Source of the DNA: Zootoca vivipara
Lineage: Eukaryota
Length of the DNA stretch: 64,000 nucleotides
Assembly: GCF_963506605.1 (NCBI RefSeq)
Contig: NC_083277.1
Coordinates: 73,842,001-73,906,000, forward strand
Direction of reading: 5' to 3'
Shown: positions 1 to 13,130 of the stretch, piece by piece
Numbering within the stretch: position 1 is the stretch's first letter
Layout: every line of letters begins with the position of its first letter
Translations under genes and position numbers: made by a program
Notes under the pieces: generated by a model
The model's input: only the letters and a program-made list of their open reading frames with translations
Told to the model about the DNA's origin: nothing
Database searches by the model: none

Positions 1-2230
1 AGTTGGACTAAGAGTTCTACTGGGATCCTGTGCTTCTAAAGTTCTCTGATAAGAAGCAGGGCTTCTTAATGACAACATTGCCCTCTGTTTTGTGTGTGGT
101 CTGTGGCACCTGCCTGGGATTCACAACGTTTGCTCTGCAGGTAGGTGTGGTAGCAGGGAATGTGCTTGAATACCATACATAGCCTGCAGGACTCTAGGAA
201 CATGGTGTAAACTTGAAGTAAAAATATTCTAAAATGTGTGGGTCTATGCGTGTGTACATATAAACACATGTAAACATGCCAGCGCGCACACACTCCAGTT
301 GAACCTCGATGGGCACAATTCCTTTCAACCTGGGGAATTATATAACATGGTTTTGCAAGGAGTGTACCAGCAGCATTTTAAAGGCTGCGAGCCAAGAAGC
401 TGTACAGACAGCAAGGCGTCTCTGTTGCCACTACAAAGTGGATGTTAATTACCTAAAACAATACATGTAATAAGCAAACAGAAAAAAGCCTCTCTTATTG
501 CAGTACCATACCCACTCATCTAGTATATCTTTAACTGCACAGTTATTTAGCCTGCAGGGATCATAATTAGCTGCTGCACAAATTAATAAGGGACAAAGGG
601 GGTGGGGAGAACCAGAGTAGAAGAATGGTGGGAAACTATGTATCTGGCATTTTTCGAGGAATCTAGTTAGCTTGCACAAATACTTCCTTGTATTTCTAGG
701 AAGAATGCAGGCATCATGTATTATATCTCAGAGTGCGAGCATGTGTTATATTGTTGCATGCCACCCCAATCTCTGAGCGGTGAAGGATTCTAGGGTTTCC
801 AGGCGCTTGCCTAGGGTTTGTGTTTCCTTTGGAATGAGGGAAAGTGGAGGCTGTGGCTTCTTTATGGTTTATTTACACATATATACAACCTGAACCTTCA
901 ACGGAGAGGCTTGCAGCATTAACACCCCAAGAGGGTTTTGCTTTCCCCATAACAGCAGACTTGGAGTTAAACAGAAATAAGGCATGGCTCTCTCTCTGGC
1001 TTCCCAGCATGCAGCTTTGCTTCCAGCTATCTCAACTCTCACTTTTGTCTTTTTAACTACCAGACAACCGAGGGAGGGACCCCTTTGTCTTCTGGCACAA
1101 AGCTACTACCTTTGTTTCCTTAATGACCCGTTATCTCACCAGGACGATAGCTTGGCTATTCTAAGAATTAGAAGGGTCTCAGCATACAGCCTACCCCTCC
1201 TCCCCACGAACTCATAACAATTTATGATTAGGAGCATAAGATGAATTGTGCACTTATATGCACTCCATTTACACATTGGTCATTGAAGAGATCAGTTGAT
1301 TCTATGGTGTCTTCTACAGGTAATTAGTTAAACAGATGAAATACTGTGCAAACACCATGTGCTGTTGAGTTTCTGGCTCCAGCGAGAGAGTGCAATGCTA
1401 GGCGTGACTTAATTAGCATTATAAATACTTTGCTATTGCCATGTATTAAATCATACATTGAGTCTCTCATAAAAATGATTGGCGGGAGGAAGAAAAGGTG
1501 GGGGGCAGAAGCTTACATCTCCATTTCACAGACTGGATAGACTGAGGTACAAAAAGAGAGAGTCTCTTATCAAAGATCACATAACAATGAGTGACACAAT
1601 TGCAAACAGAAGCCAGCAATTGCTGTGAACTCTACAACCTGAAACTTATGCACTTATGGTAGATGCTTTTAAAATGGGGAGATGGGCAGAATGAATACAT
1701 AGTTAAAGAATAAATATGAATAATATGAATAAACAAGCATCTTCACATCACAGTTGAGACCTAAGATGGAATCAATAATGATATGATGAGGGTAACCATA
1801 TCAGCAAAGGTTTACCGTTCCTGTGAAAGACCCTCAAAATAATGTAATATTCTGCTACAATGCAGTCCTCTATGCTGGAACTCCAGCTGTAAATCTTGGG
1901 CAAAATATCTCCTCCCATTTGTAATCAAAAGATACTCAAGCCAGATCAAGCATCTTCTTTTCAGTTCTGCATTACTTCTTTGACCATGTTTCCCAAGCTA
2001 CAAACTGAATGCTATGGCTAGGGATGTAAAAATGCATTGATTCTTGTTCCACCCCTTATCTAATGCATGCAGTTTCATTTCCATTGCAGTTCAGCTTCCA
2101 AGAAAAACTACATTAGTTGTCTCAATTGTCTGCTCTGGGGAATTATTGTTTTGTTTATTATTAGGTTATTTATTTTGTGTTTTTATACTGTAATCTGCTC
2201 TGTGATCCTTGGATAAAGGGAGGTATAACA

Positions 2231-2231
<1 letters not shown>

Positions 2232-2279
<48 letters not shown>
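2232..2279. repeat. (TAAG)n microsatellite
   Basis: Direct tandem TAAG array. Confidence 0.95.
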
Positions 2280-2280
<1 letters not shown>

Positions 2281-3035
2281 GCAAATCATTACTGTATGTT
2301 ATTCCACACCATTCATTTCAATGCAAAGGAAACAAAATGTGAATTGTGGCAGAGAGAAGGAAGTAATCATGGAGACTCATATTTCATAGCTTGGAGAGAC
2401 TTATTCTGGGTACTTGTAGTGTTGCCCTCAAATACACAGTGAGCATTATGACCCCTTCCAATTCTTCTCTAGCTTAGATTTTAACATAGAACAGAGATAT
2501 GTTTAAATCTTCCATTGTCTCAACCTCCAGTCGCCCTCCAAAACCAAACCTTCTTTCCTTCTCTCATTCCCACCCACTTACTTGGTCTGGAAGAAGTGAG
2601 ATGGGAAGGATCTTTCCTCCCTCAGTGTAGAGGCAGACTTTGGTCTTTCAAATGTCAGCGACACCTTGTTGTGAGGCCAAAAATTGGTGCCCCCACCTCT
2701 CACTCTCTGCTCTGCTCAATTCACTGCTTCATAGTTGCTATGTCCTGCTGTGCCTTCTAGGCTCGGCACCCAGTGCGGTGGAACTAGTCGTAATGCCCAA
2801 AATCAACCTCTGCTCAGTATCTGGCATTAGTCCCTCAGTGACACAGCACTGCAGATACAATAGGAACCTGAAGCTAAAGGGGAGAATCTTGGCTGCTCCG
2901 TATTTCCCACTGAACTTTGCTTACTTCTAGCAAAAATGACTGAGGGGGTAATATTTGCAGAGAATCAATAGGTTCATCATCTATCTTCCACCCATTGATT
3001 CTTTCTTGCAAACCCTCTCCTCCTTCCTGAGGAGT

Positions 3036-3567
3036 TGTGAGCGGAAGCCGGCTCCCGTGCCAGCAAGGGGGCGTTCCAGCCCCTTGCCTTAGCTGTTCCA
3101 GCTGCCGCGTCGCACGCCCCCTGCAGCCAGCCAATAGGGCTGGCTCGGGGGGGGGGGGGGTTAGCTGCACTTAAGCAGCCGCGGTATGTGTGGTGTATCG
3201 GAAGGCAAAGTTTGGGCCATCGCCTACCCCTCCATCTTTTGGGCATTCCGTTAAAGGAATCCGGCGGTCGTGGATCCTGTCCAACGCCCTGCTGGTGGCG
3301 AGGGCCATGTCACGACCTCGGTAGCATCAGGGGAGCTTTCAGTTGTATTTGCATCAACAGGCTCCACCTTCTGGTTGTTAACCCTTGAATGACTCCCCGC
3401 CGAGCGGGGTGGAGTCATGTATAGCTTGTTTGATCCATTGCCTAAGCCAATACCACTCACGTGCTGTTGTAACCAATAAAGTTGTGGCCTTTTTCGCCCA
3501 TTAACATAAATACATTGTGTCCTTGTGTCTTGATTTCCTCAAGCTGGGGGCGGGTCCTCGACTCACA
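3036..3567 (+). mobile_element. Solo LTR (ERV or Gypsy type)
   Basis: Starts TGTGAG and ends CTCACA (6-bp inverted termini, TG...CA). CCAAT at ~3131, AATAAA at 3475-3480 followed by a GT-rich tract, CpG-rich relative to flanks. No PBS, PPT or matching TSD seen. Confidence 0.7.
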
Positions 3568-3631
3568 AATGCTTTCCCTAACTCCACATTTGTCATATGA
3601 GGAAAATACATAGTTCGAAATGCTAACATTC

Positions 3632-4120
3632 ATCCAGTGCTTTACCAGCTGCACTGGCTCCCAGTGGAGTACAGGATCAGATTTAAGGTGCTGGTTTTGG
3701 CCTTTAAAGCCCTATGCGGCTTGGGACCCTCGTACCTACGGGACCGCCTCTCCTGGTATGCCCCGCAGAGGACCTTAAGGTCCACAAATAACAATATTTT
3801 GGACATCCCAAGCCATAAGGTGGCTAGATTGGCCTCAGCTAGGGCCAGGGCCTTTTCAGTATTGGCCCCGACTTGTTGGAACGCTCTCTCACAGGAGACT
3901 AGGGCCCTGCGGGATTTGACATCCTTCCGCAGGGCCTGCAAGACGGAGCTGTTCCGCCTGGCCTTTGGGTTTTGATTTGGGCCATTTTAAAATGAGGCTG
4001 CATTTTTTTAAAAAAAATAAAAATAAAAATCTAAATTGTGTTTTAATCTGCATTTTAATCAATTGTTTTTCTTTCTTTTACGTTTTATTGTAACTTTATT
4101 GATGTTAGCCGCCCTGAGCC
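3632..4120 (+). mobile_element. L2-clade LINE 3' fragment (ORF2 C-terminus plus 3' UTR)
   Basis: ORF 3637-3975 HWLPVEYRIRFKVLVLAFKAL..GLGPSYL..AFSVLAPTCWNAL..F+..KT.LF is the typical L2 ORF2 C-terminus, followed by an AT-rich UTR ending gttagccgccctgagcc. Confidence 0.85.
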
Positions 4121-4316
4121 CCTGCCCTTAAGGATGCACTTAAAACAATATTAGTAGGAGATTTGGGACTCCAGCCATAGAGGAATAAAACCAGACTAAA
4201 CCCTGGGCTTGCTGAAACATGACAGGCTCCACTTAATGTATGAAAGGCTTCTCTGGCATTATAGGCTACATCACACAAGCAGTATTCTACTATTTCATCC
4301 CATCATCCTGTCCTTT

Positions 4317-4497
4317 GGGGGTAAGTCCGTAGGTCAATGGTAGAGCATTTGCTTTGCTACAGAATGTCCCAGGCTCAGTCTCCATCATTTCCGGAAGTCT
4401 GGCTAGGAATTTCCCATGTCTGAAATCCTGATGAACTGCTGCCAGTCATGGCAAACCATTTTGAGCTAGGTGGACCAATGGTCTGGTTATGTTCTTA
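4317..4497 (+). mobile_element. Degenerate tRNA-derived SINE (Squam3-like)
   Basis: tRNA-like head gtcaatggtagagcatttgctttgc..gtcccaggctcagtc and a body shared with other copies in the window. Confidence 0.6.
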
Positions 4498-4611
4498 AGC
4501 CATTTTGATGCACAAGATGTCTACCCATATGTGGCATATAACATTAATGATCCCCCCAGAAGCTTTGGAAGCCCACAGTGATGACCTCCTGGAAGGTGGA
4601 GTCCCCAGAAA

Positions 4612-4810
4612 AGGGGAGGTTCAATGGTAGAGCACACATTTGTATGTAGGAGTTCTCAGGTTCAATCCCTGACAATCTTCAGTTAACAGGATCAGGTAGC
4701 AAATGCTATGAGAGATGTTTTCCTGGGACTCCAAAGAGCCAAGACCAGTCAAACAGACAATACTAGATAGACAAATAGCCTGGACTGGTGTAAGGCACAT
4801 TCCTATGATT
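4612..4810 (+). mobile_element. Degenerate tRNA-derived SINE (Squam3-like)
   Basis: gttcaatggtagagcac...ggttcaatccctg (A/B box remnants) with tail gacaatactagatag...ggtgtaaggcacattcctatg. Confidence 0.6.
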
Positions 4811-5746
4811 CCAGAAGGGGGATGGGCGTATGTCTGCAGACAACCAAATGGAAAAAAGAGTCGTCCTCCAAACTTTCCAAGAGCAGAAACAGGGTATCAT
4901 ATTTCTCATTTTTCCTTCTGTGTGGAGACTGTGTTGCTCACAGTGATCCTGTGATTTCTCATAGCTGCTCTGTAGCCTGCTGGGGGATGGAAGCAGTTAT
5001 TGCATAGCTGCTAAAATCATAAGTGTAGAGTCAGCCCATCAGACTCCTCTAATCCCTACTTCAATGTTCTAGTCATAGTTGTCATAAAGCACTACAAGAC
5101 TCTTAGCAAGAACCCCTTTGAGTTCCCTCCGCCCTCATATTATGGTTGCTAACTTCATACTCGTCTGTGGAAAAGTATTCTCTCCCCGTGACTTTTTTAA
5201 ACAGCAAGTATGACGTTTGAGATTGAACATTTTCAAGGTAACAAATCGCATGGATAAATAAATCTAGAGACCATAAAAACCAGGGGGGGGGATGCAAACA
5301 TCTCATTTACTTTTACCACATATATTTGTTTATCCCTTGGAATTTTAGAATGCAATTTTCCAAATGAGATGTAAAACAGGGCTCCTGGCCCAACAGAGTC
5401 ATTAACGTTCCTGTGGCACTTTTCACATTGTTGGTGATAACCTCAGAGTCTGGAATATTGAAGATCTGCAAAAGGATTTCAGAGTCCAAAGAAGCTTAAA
5501 GTTGCTGTTGCCTCAAGTGGTTTGCAACCATTGGCCAGGGTGCCCATTAGCATACAAATATCCTCTTTTCCTCAATAACGGGAATTAGGCGTCCACATAA
5601 TAGCATTGAAGATGCTCAGAAGTGATTTAAGCTTCATGTATTAAAATGTTCTGAGTTTGGCTGAGAGGACTGACACAATCATATGCCCGTATGCTTGTAT
5701 TAAATTTCTCCCATGGGGGCTCCCTATGCACAGGTATTCTTTACAC

Positions 5747-5882
5747 CAGGGATGGGGATCCTGTGGCCCTCCAAACGTCACACTACAGCTCCCATAATCT
5801 CTGACTATTGGCTATGCTGGCTGAGACCAATGGGTGTTGGGAGTCCAAAGCAATCTGGAGAGCCACAGATTCCCCATCCCTG
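5747..5882. mobile_element. 136-bp hAT (Charlie-like) MITE, older subfamily
   Basis: TIRs cagggatgggga/tccccatccctg; 8-bp TSD ctttacac/ctttgcac. Confidence 0.85.
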
Positions 5883-7098
5883 CTTTGCACATTATGAGAG
5901 CAGTCTGCGAGCTTCTTTTATGTGGGTTCATTTCACAGTATTTTTGTACCATTTCAAGGCTCACAGCCATGAGAACAAGCCAGTCATATGAGTCCTTGTC
6001 AGCTGGTACTTGCTCTCAATCTAGCTGTGACTTTCAAGGACTGGACTCCTTGGTTTGGTTGCAAGTCATTATGAAATATCAGTACATACACATGTGTCCT
6101 AAGTAGTACTTGAAAAGTTATTTTTTTAAAAAGTAATTCATTCCTGTTCACACCCTCCAAAAATGGAATTGGTTCCAGTTCCAGATTTCTGCCACCCAAA
6201 AGGAACTAATTCAATTTCGGTTCAATTCACTGTTCAATTCAGAATTCATTCGCATGGTCCACAGCATATATTTTTTCACCCTTCAGAATTGTACAAGCTG
6301 CTCTGCTGAAGAATAAACTAGACTTAGTAAGATAAGAAAACACCAACAACCCCCACTCATAGTGCAATGCAAACAATTTTTGTTAACCCCCCCCCCCAAC
6401 AATTATTATCTTTAAGCTTAAACAGCAGCATCACTTTTGAGAAGGGTGTGTGTGTGTGTGTGTGTGTAGGTAAAGTGCTTTACCTTGTTTTGGATACCTC
6501 ACCTCTCCCTCACCTACTCCTTGGTCCTTTGTGCTACAGTAAATCTTGCAAACTCAGCAGGAGCCAGGTCTGATGCAAATATAGATTGTGGGTCAGCATG
6601 CCCTCACTCTGAAGCACTTTCAGCATTCTCACTGTGGGGTGGCGATTCACAAGCTCTCCTCGTGATGACATGGCCAGGCGAATGACTCATTGCTAATTCA
6701 ACGCACACTGTGGGCACAGTACATTTTGTCATGTCAAAAAGGATTGTGTGAACAGAGCTCACCAGCATGGGTGTATCACATGGGCACATTGTGAAAAACC
6801 TGCATGTGAGGTCATGAGGTGTGACGGCCTACACAGCTTAAAAATGAATAGGTGAAGAAAGGAAATAAGGTAAAATACCCAAAGGCTTCAATTGAATTGA
6901 CTTGGGTTCAGTGGAGCTGTCTCACTGCCACAACCCCCAAAATCAGGAAATACTTTGGTCTAATCAATTGATTCAGGACTGTGATGATTCATTTGTGGAT
7001 GTGGCAGTATCTAATTCCTATTCCCCACCCCTATTTGAAAGTATTTGCCGGCCTCCTTGAATGAGGGACAATAAATTGAGATTGAATCCTGATTAATA

Positions 7099-7287
7099 CC
7101 GTTGTGCCTTGTTTTTCAAACAGCTTAGTTCTTGAATGTTTTGGCTCCCGAACGCCACAGACCCAAAAGTGAGTGTTCCAGTTTGCAAACTATTTTTGGA
7201 AGCCGAACGTCCAATTGTGCTTCTGAACGTTTTGGAAGTCGAAAGGACTTCCAGAATGGATTCCGTTCAACTTCCAAGGTACAACTG
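7099..7287. mobile_element. Tc1/mariner (Tigger/pogo-like) MITE
   Basis: TA TSD, TIRs ccgttgtgccttg/caaggtacaactg; an inverted relative lies at 38717-38902. Confidence 0.8.
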
Positions 7288-7689
7288 TATGCTTGGTTTC
7301 TCCCAGTTTCTATTTTTTTCCTATATGAAGTTCAGTTCTTCAGATTTCCTCATCAGTTTGCATTTTTTAACGTCCTCGTGAAAATTCACCAGCATTTGTG
7401 TGAATTTTTCCTAAATGAGGCTGCCATTCCCTTTCCTTCCCAAACCCGGTTTTGATGTTATGTGATGACTTAGCGCAATGATGGGAAATCTGCGGTGCTC
7501 CAGTTATTGTTAAAATGCAGCTTCCAGCATTCCTGAATCCCAACCCTCTCTGAAAAAGTGACCCAAATATCCCCCCCTCCCATGTTGCCACCCTTCAAAC
7601 AAATTAAAATAAGGATTGGAATCTATCCAGTGGGTTGAACCTCATGTCATGACGGCTGCATGAAACCCTCAGATTCAGAGGCAGCTTGT

Positions 7690-7850
7690 ATGTGAATATG
7701 ATTTGCTGGAGAGTGACCAGAACCAATGGCTGGAGACTTTGTGCCCTGCTTGTGGGCATCTCAGAGACATCTGCTTGGCCATTGTGGGAAACAGGACCCT
7801 CCTCAGATGAACCTTTGTTCTGATCTAGCACGGCTTTTCTTTTACTCATA
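7690..7850 (+). mobile_element. CR1 LINE 3' end fragment
   Basis: ctgcttgtgggcatctcagagacatctgcttggccattgtggga...tgatctagcacggcttttct resembles the other CR1 3' ends in the window. Confidence 0.6.
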
Positions 7851-9947
7851 CATCGTGAATGTCATGGAAAATGTTGAATTGCAGCTTAGCTATAATTGAT
7901 TGTTTGTCAAACATAAACATACAGTTAAGCAAGCAACTACTGCTAAGGCGCCTTCCTTGATATGAGCAATGTGGTGTGGGGAGATCTGCTCTGATGTGCT
8001 GCTCTTTCTGGGGGTGGGATGGGTGGCACAGATTTAGGGAACACCTGCCTATACTTCTTGCTCAGTGTCCTCAACTTTTACTATTATGATCAGCAGGAGA
8101 ATATGGCCATAATCTGTTCATCACCTCTCAATTCACAACATCCATTTGGGCTACTTAAAGCCGGGGAGGGGGGGGTTCACATTAACTGCCAGGATGTTGT
8201 GAATGTGCTGAATCACAGGAGATTGCAAAAGCATTAGTCACTTCTTCTTTGCCTGAGAAGCAGGCAAGTTGAGGCTTCCAAGCCAACAGCACAGCCAGGT
8301 GGATTGCATCGCAATAAGATCGCTCAACATTGCAAGAAACAGCCAAGAATAAACTTCATTTGAATGTTTCTTACATAGAAAGGTTGCTGTTGTGATCAGG
8401 CTGCTCTTGGCTTTTTTCTACGTCTCCCTGCATCTCCAGTGCATGAAGCATGCCTTTATTTATTGTGTCATTTCTGGAAATTAGATCATTTGTGCCTCAA
8501 GGCAAAGACTGTGGCTGCAATCTAATGAAAGTTAGCCATGCTGAAATTCTGTTGAAATCAACGGCATGAAAACATTTTAACTATGCAGTTTAATTCCAGT
8601 TATTTCCATGAGACTTCAGCACACCTAATTTTCTCTGGATTAAACCCCACGGTTTATGTTATTATACGACACGTTATACTATAAATGCATAAATATAATG
8701 CCCAATAACCATATATTGCTAATGAGCAGTACTACATGTATTTTAATGGCCCTGAATAGCCAAAACACTGTGATTATGATTTTGGAATGATCTATGATAT
8801 TATGTGTGCAACAGGCAAAACAGGCACATGCCCAGAAAGCAATCAACAACATATAAATTATATTAGTTGAACTTGATGTGCAACCATCAATGAGGCAAGG
8901 TAAACCATATCAGAACCTTACCTACATAAATATAAACATTAAACAATGTACACATCTAACAAAATATGGGAAATAAACGAGTGATACATAATGTAGAAGC
9001 CAAATCTACCAAAAAAAATAAAATATGTAATTAAGATGCACCAGGATTTTCAGTGCTTAGATTATCGTTACCGGTGGTTTGACAGTGATAAACAACTAGC
9101 TGGCCTTCATCAAGAGTGTGAAAATGTCTTCTGTAAAAATGTCTTTTGTAGAACAACAACTTTATGGGGAGCACTATATCATAGTTAACATTCCACTGTA
9201 TAATAGCAATTATAAATTATTAATTTCAAAGATGTTCTGGTTAATGGAACTGTTTGGTCTCTGTGTTAATATGCACAAATATTTATGAAATGTTGATATG
9301 TAAACTGTCATAAAAGCTAAGGGTATTACAAAAATTGGAGTACGGTTGCAAGAGCAGCAATTGTTTCATGTATTGCACTTTAACAACCCTCAGCTTCAGA
9401 CCACTCATCCTTTGACAGTTTGGAAACAATTAATCCTAAATTTTGAATGCAATCATAGGGATATCGTGTGCAATGTATATGGCAAGTTAATCAATGTTTT
9501 GCGGGGGACACTGGATGTTTTTGAATGCAGAAGGGGATCGTTTTAGGTGAACATTAAGTGGGGTGAAATCTGGGATTCCATGCCACGGAAACCAACTTCA
9601 GCATACCTCTGGAAAAACTATACAGTAGCAGTTCAGAATCACAGTACAGTTGCCCCACATGATTGCAGGAGGATTCCAGAACTGCTGGCTAAATTGTGAG
9701 AGTAAGGGGACACAGGTCTGCAGTGACAAGGGAAATGTCAACAATCTTGACATGTTGGGTGGATTGTACTCCTCAACTGCTCTTTCTGAATATGTTTGAA
9801 TGTAATAGTGTCAGCGTTAAATCTAAAGGCCTGCTGGTGTACTTGATCACTGCAGCACAGCTGGGCATTGTGCAAAAAAATAAGAAAACATCTCTTTTTT
9901 AAAAAAAAAAATAGAAAAAGGAAAACAGACATTATTATCAAATTTAT

Positions 9948-10109
9948 CTACCTATTTATCTACTTGCACTTTGACGTGCTTTCAAACGGCTAGGTCGGCA
10001 GGAGCAGGGACCGAACAACAGGAGCTCACCCCGTTGTGGGGATTCGAACCGCCAACCTTCTGATCAACAAGCTCTAGGTCTGTGGTTTAGACACAGCGCC
10101 ACCCACACC
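9948..10109 (-). mobile_element. Sauria SINE, 5' half
   Basis: Reverse complement of the head seen at 36814 (ggtggcgctgtg..aaaccacaga..gatcagaaggttggcggttcgaatcccc). Confidence 0.85.
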
Positions 10110-10146
10110 TTAATTTATGTCATAGGATGCTGTTATTATTCTAGAG

Positions 10147-10398
10147 CAGGGCTCAGCCAACTTTTTCAGCAATGGGCCGATTCACTGTCCCTCAGACCTT
10201 GTGGGGGGGCCGGATTATATTTTGAATGGAAAAAAAGAATGAATTCCTATGCCCCACAAACAACCCAGAGATGCATTTTAAATAAATGCACACATTATAT
10301 TCATGTAAAAACATGCTGATCCCTGAACTGTCTGTGGGCCGGATTTAGAAGGCAATTGGGCCAGATCTGGCCCCTGGGCTTTATTTTGCCTACCCATG
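10147..10398. mobile_element. hAT MITE (~250 bp)
   Basis: Ends cagggctcagccaac/tttgcctacccatg, subterminal gggccgga motifs, flanked by ttctagag/tactagag. Confidence 0.8.
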
Positions 10399-10406
10399 TA
10401 CTAGAG

Positions 10407-10542
10407 CAGGCACCCCCAAACTTCAGCCCTCCAGATGTTTTGAACTACAATTCCCATCATCCCTGACCACTGGTCCTGTTAGCTAGGGATCATGGGAGTT
10501 GTAGGCCAAAACACCTGGAGGGCCGCAGTTTGGGGATGCCTG
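10407..10542. mobile_element. 136-bp hAT (Charlie-like) MITE
   Basis: TIRs caggcacccccaaact/agtttggggatgcctg; perfect 8-bp TSD tactagag. Confidence 0.92.
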
Positions 10543-10817
10543 TACTAGAGGTTCCTCCAAAGCAGAATGCTTGCTTAGATAACCGAAGGGCCTCTGAATG
10601 AGAGTTTTAAAGGCAAATTTCAGGAGCAGCCAACATGGTGTCCTCCATTTGCTGCTAGAAGTCTACAACTTCTATCAGGAATTATAGTCCAGCAACAAGT
10701 GGAAGATGCCCTGTTCTATTTAAACACAGTTTGCTATTCAGTTGTATGGAAGCAATAGTCACATAACTAAAAAGGGCTATGTTGCTTCTATAATGCACAG
10801 TCCACACAATATATAGG

Positions 10818-10830
10818 AGGGAGAGAGAGA

Positions 10831-10903
<73 letters not shown>
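10818..10903. repeat. (AG)n microsatellite
   Basis: Direct tandem array. Confidence 0.95.
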
Positions 10904-10908
<5 letters not shown>

Positions 10909-11954
10909 GGAAGTGACTTCACTTTAATAGTGCAATCCTATGTCTATCGAGAAATAAGTCCTACCCATTTCAATGGGTGTTATTCCAAGGTAAGTGGCTC
11001 AAAGATGAAATTTCATTCCAGCACCTAAAACACAAAGTAAACTTGCATTAGATTGTGCTCTAAGTTACCAGAGTTATCTGATTTCTTGCACAATCATCAG
11101 CCATCCTACATACATCGTAGCAAAGCATTGAACCCCAAACTGCTGCTGTATCCGAGGACTGGATCCTGCAGATTAATTATCCTCCCAAACATTGTTGAGG
11201 ATTGAAAGGGAGCAGAAATCATGTATTGAACAGCTAGCTACTAATTACACTTTCATGTTAAGCCCCCAAATCAAATTGGTACTCTGAACTTGTCTTCTTT
11301 GTATAAACATCAGTAATTCCTGAGTTCAGTGCTAAATGCTCTAGGTAATAATTATCATCATATGTGGTTAAAATTAGTCAGACCTCATCACTGGCAAGTT
11401 CAAAGCAAGTTATTTTTCATAATTGTTTTCTGGCTGGACTACTTCTGCTTCTAAGGTTCAGAAGGAAGAATCAGGAAACAGAATGAAGCTCCAGGACAGC
11501 TTTAACATTTGATATGAGGCTGTAATGGATCAACATCAAAAGGGTTTTTTCCCCCATTTGAAATGCTTTACCAAACATTTATCAGGCTGAGAACAGACTC
11601 TTTTGTGGAATAGTCAACAATTTTCTTGTTCCATCTATGGTTGGAAACATCACAAGAAGATCTTGGCATTTAATAGGATGGCTTTTCTGCCTATGGTTTC
11701 AGCCAAAATCAAGATGGGAAGAATTAGGTGGATTTTTCCGAGCCTTAAAACGTTTCTTCATTCAGATGATACGGTGACATGATTCATACTTGTGTGCCAA
11801 TAGCTCAGAATGAGATGCACAACTCATTCTAATATAATGTGTACAAGACCATAATGACAGTCTGTGGTGTTGCATCTGAGTAGCACAGGACAACCACTCT
11901 GGCCAACAGTATCCTACTTATAGTCTGGATTCCTCCGACAAAGAGAAGGGTTGA

Positions 11955-12100
11955 GGAGAAGCCATAACTCAGTGGTAGACCACATGCTCTGCATTGCAGA
12001 AGATGGCATGCTCAATCCCTTGCCTCTCCAGTTAAAGGATTAGGTAGCAGGTGATGTGAAAGACCACTGCAGGGGATCCCAGAGAGCCACTGTCATTAAA
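11955..12100 (+). mobile_element. Degenerate tRNA-derived SINE (Squam3-like)
   Basis: ataactcagtggtagaccacatgctctgcattgcagaag...ctcaatcccttgcctctccagttaaaggat. Confidence 0.6.
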
Positions 12101-13130
12101 ATTCATTGGAACATGCACAGCGCACACATTTTGCACAGTGTCAAAAGACTGTGCAGTGTAATAAGTTTTTGTGCACATGGGATATAAAAAGGAGTTAGGT
12201 AGTTCCTTAAAAAGAACAAGAAATACATGAGGAAAGATCAAAATAAATAGAAAATGAAGATGAATACTGGTTCCTTTCAAATACTCATAACACAGATTAA
12301 TAGTATATTATTGGACTACTTGACTAGTCAAAGGCATTTATTGACTCATATTGAACTCCATTTAAATAGTTTGTGTAGGTATGCAGCCATTACACACCAC
12401 TATAAAACAAATAAAATATTGCACAGATGTGCCATAGTCCTCTCACAGTATGCTGATCATGTTAAAATTTCCTTTGTTTTGAGGTTGGAGGGGATTTGTG
12501 GGGAAAGAGAGTCTCAGTACCCCACTATAGGTCAAGGAAGAAAGATAATTTAGTCCTCCAAATAATTGGGGGCACCCCCTAGTCCTCCTTTATTCCCCCA
12601 AGCCACCTCTTTCTTCTTGTTCTTTCATTTCTCCAAATGTCCTGGCTTCCCCCCTTTCTGTTGTCTCCCCCTTCCTTCCCTTTTCTTTTCCTGTTAAATC
12701 TTATTTTCTTTCCCCTCTTTTATCTGGCCATGCCACAGCTAGGAAATTGACACCAATAGCTATTCTACAGTTGTTCTCTTTCATGTTCTCTTTCCCCAGT
12801 AGGTGGATCAGGTGTTCTTGATTATCCAGTAAAGTTCTCCTTGAAGGACAACATAAGCTATATCTCAAACTGTATGCTCCTGTTCACTCTACTTGTTTCC
12901 ATACGATACAGGGTTTTGATTGACCAACCAGTACTGCATCCAGGTCCAACCTAATGCCTGTCTATATGAACCTTGAGGATAGCTTCATTGATTCTGCAGA
13001 ATGCCAAGTAGGTTGCAATCTATGGAGCATAATATTAAAAACAAGATAGGTAGCTGTGTTGTTCTGAGTCAAAGCAAAATAAAAAAATTCCTTCAGTAGC
13101 ACCTTAAAGACCAACTAAGTTTTTATTTTG

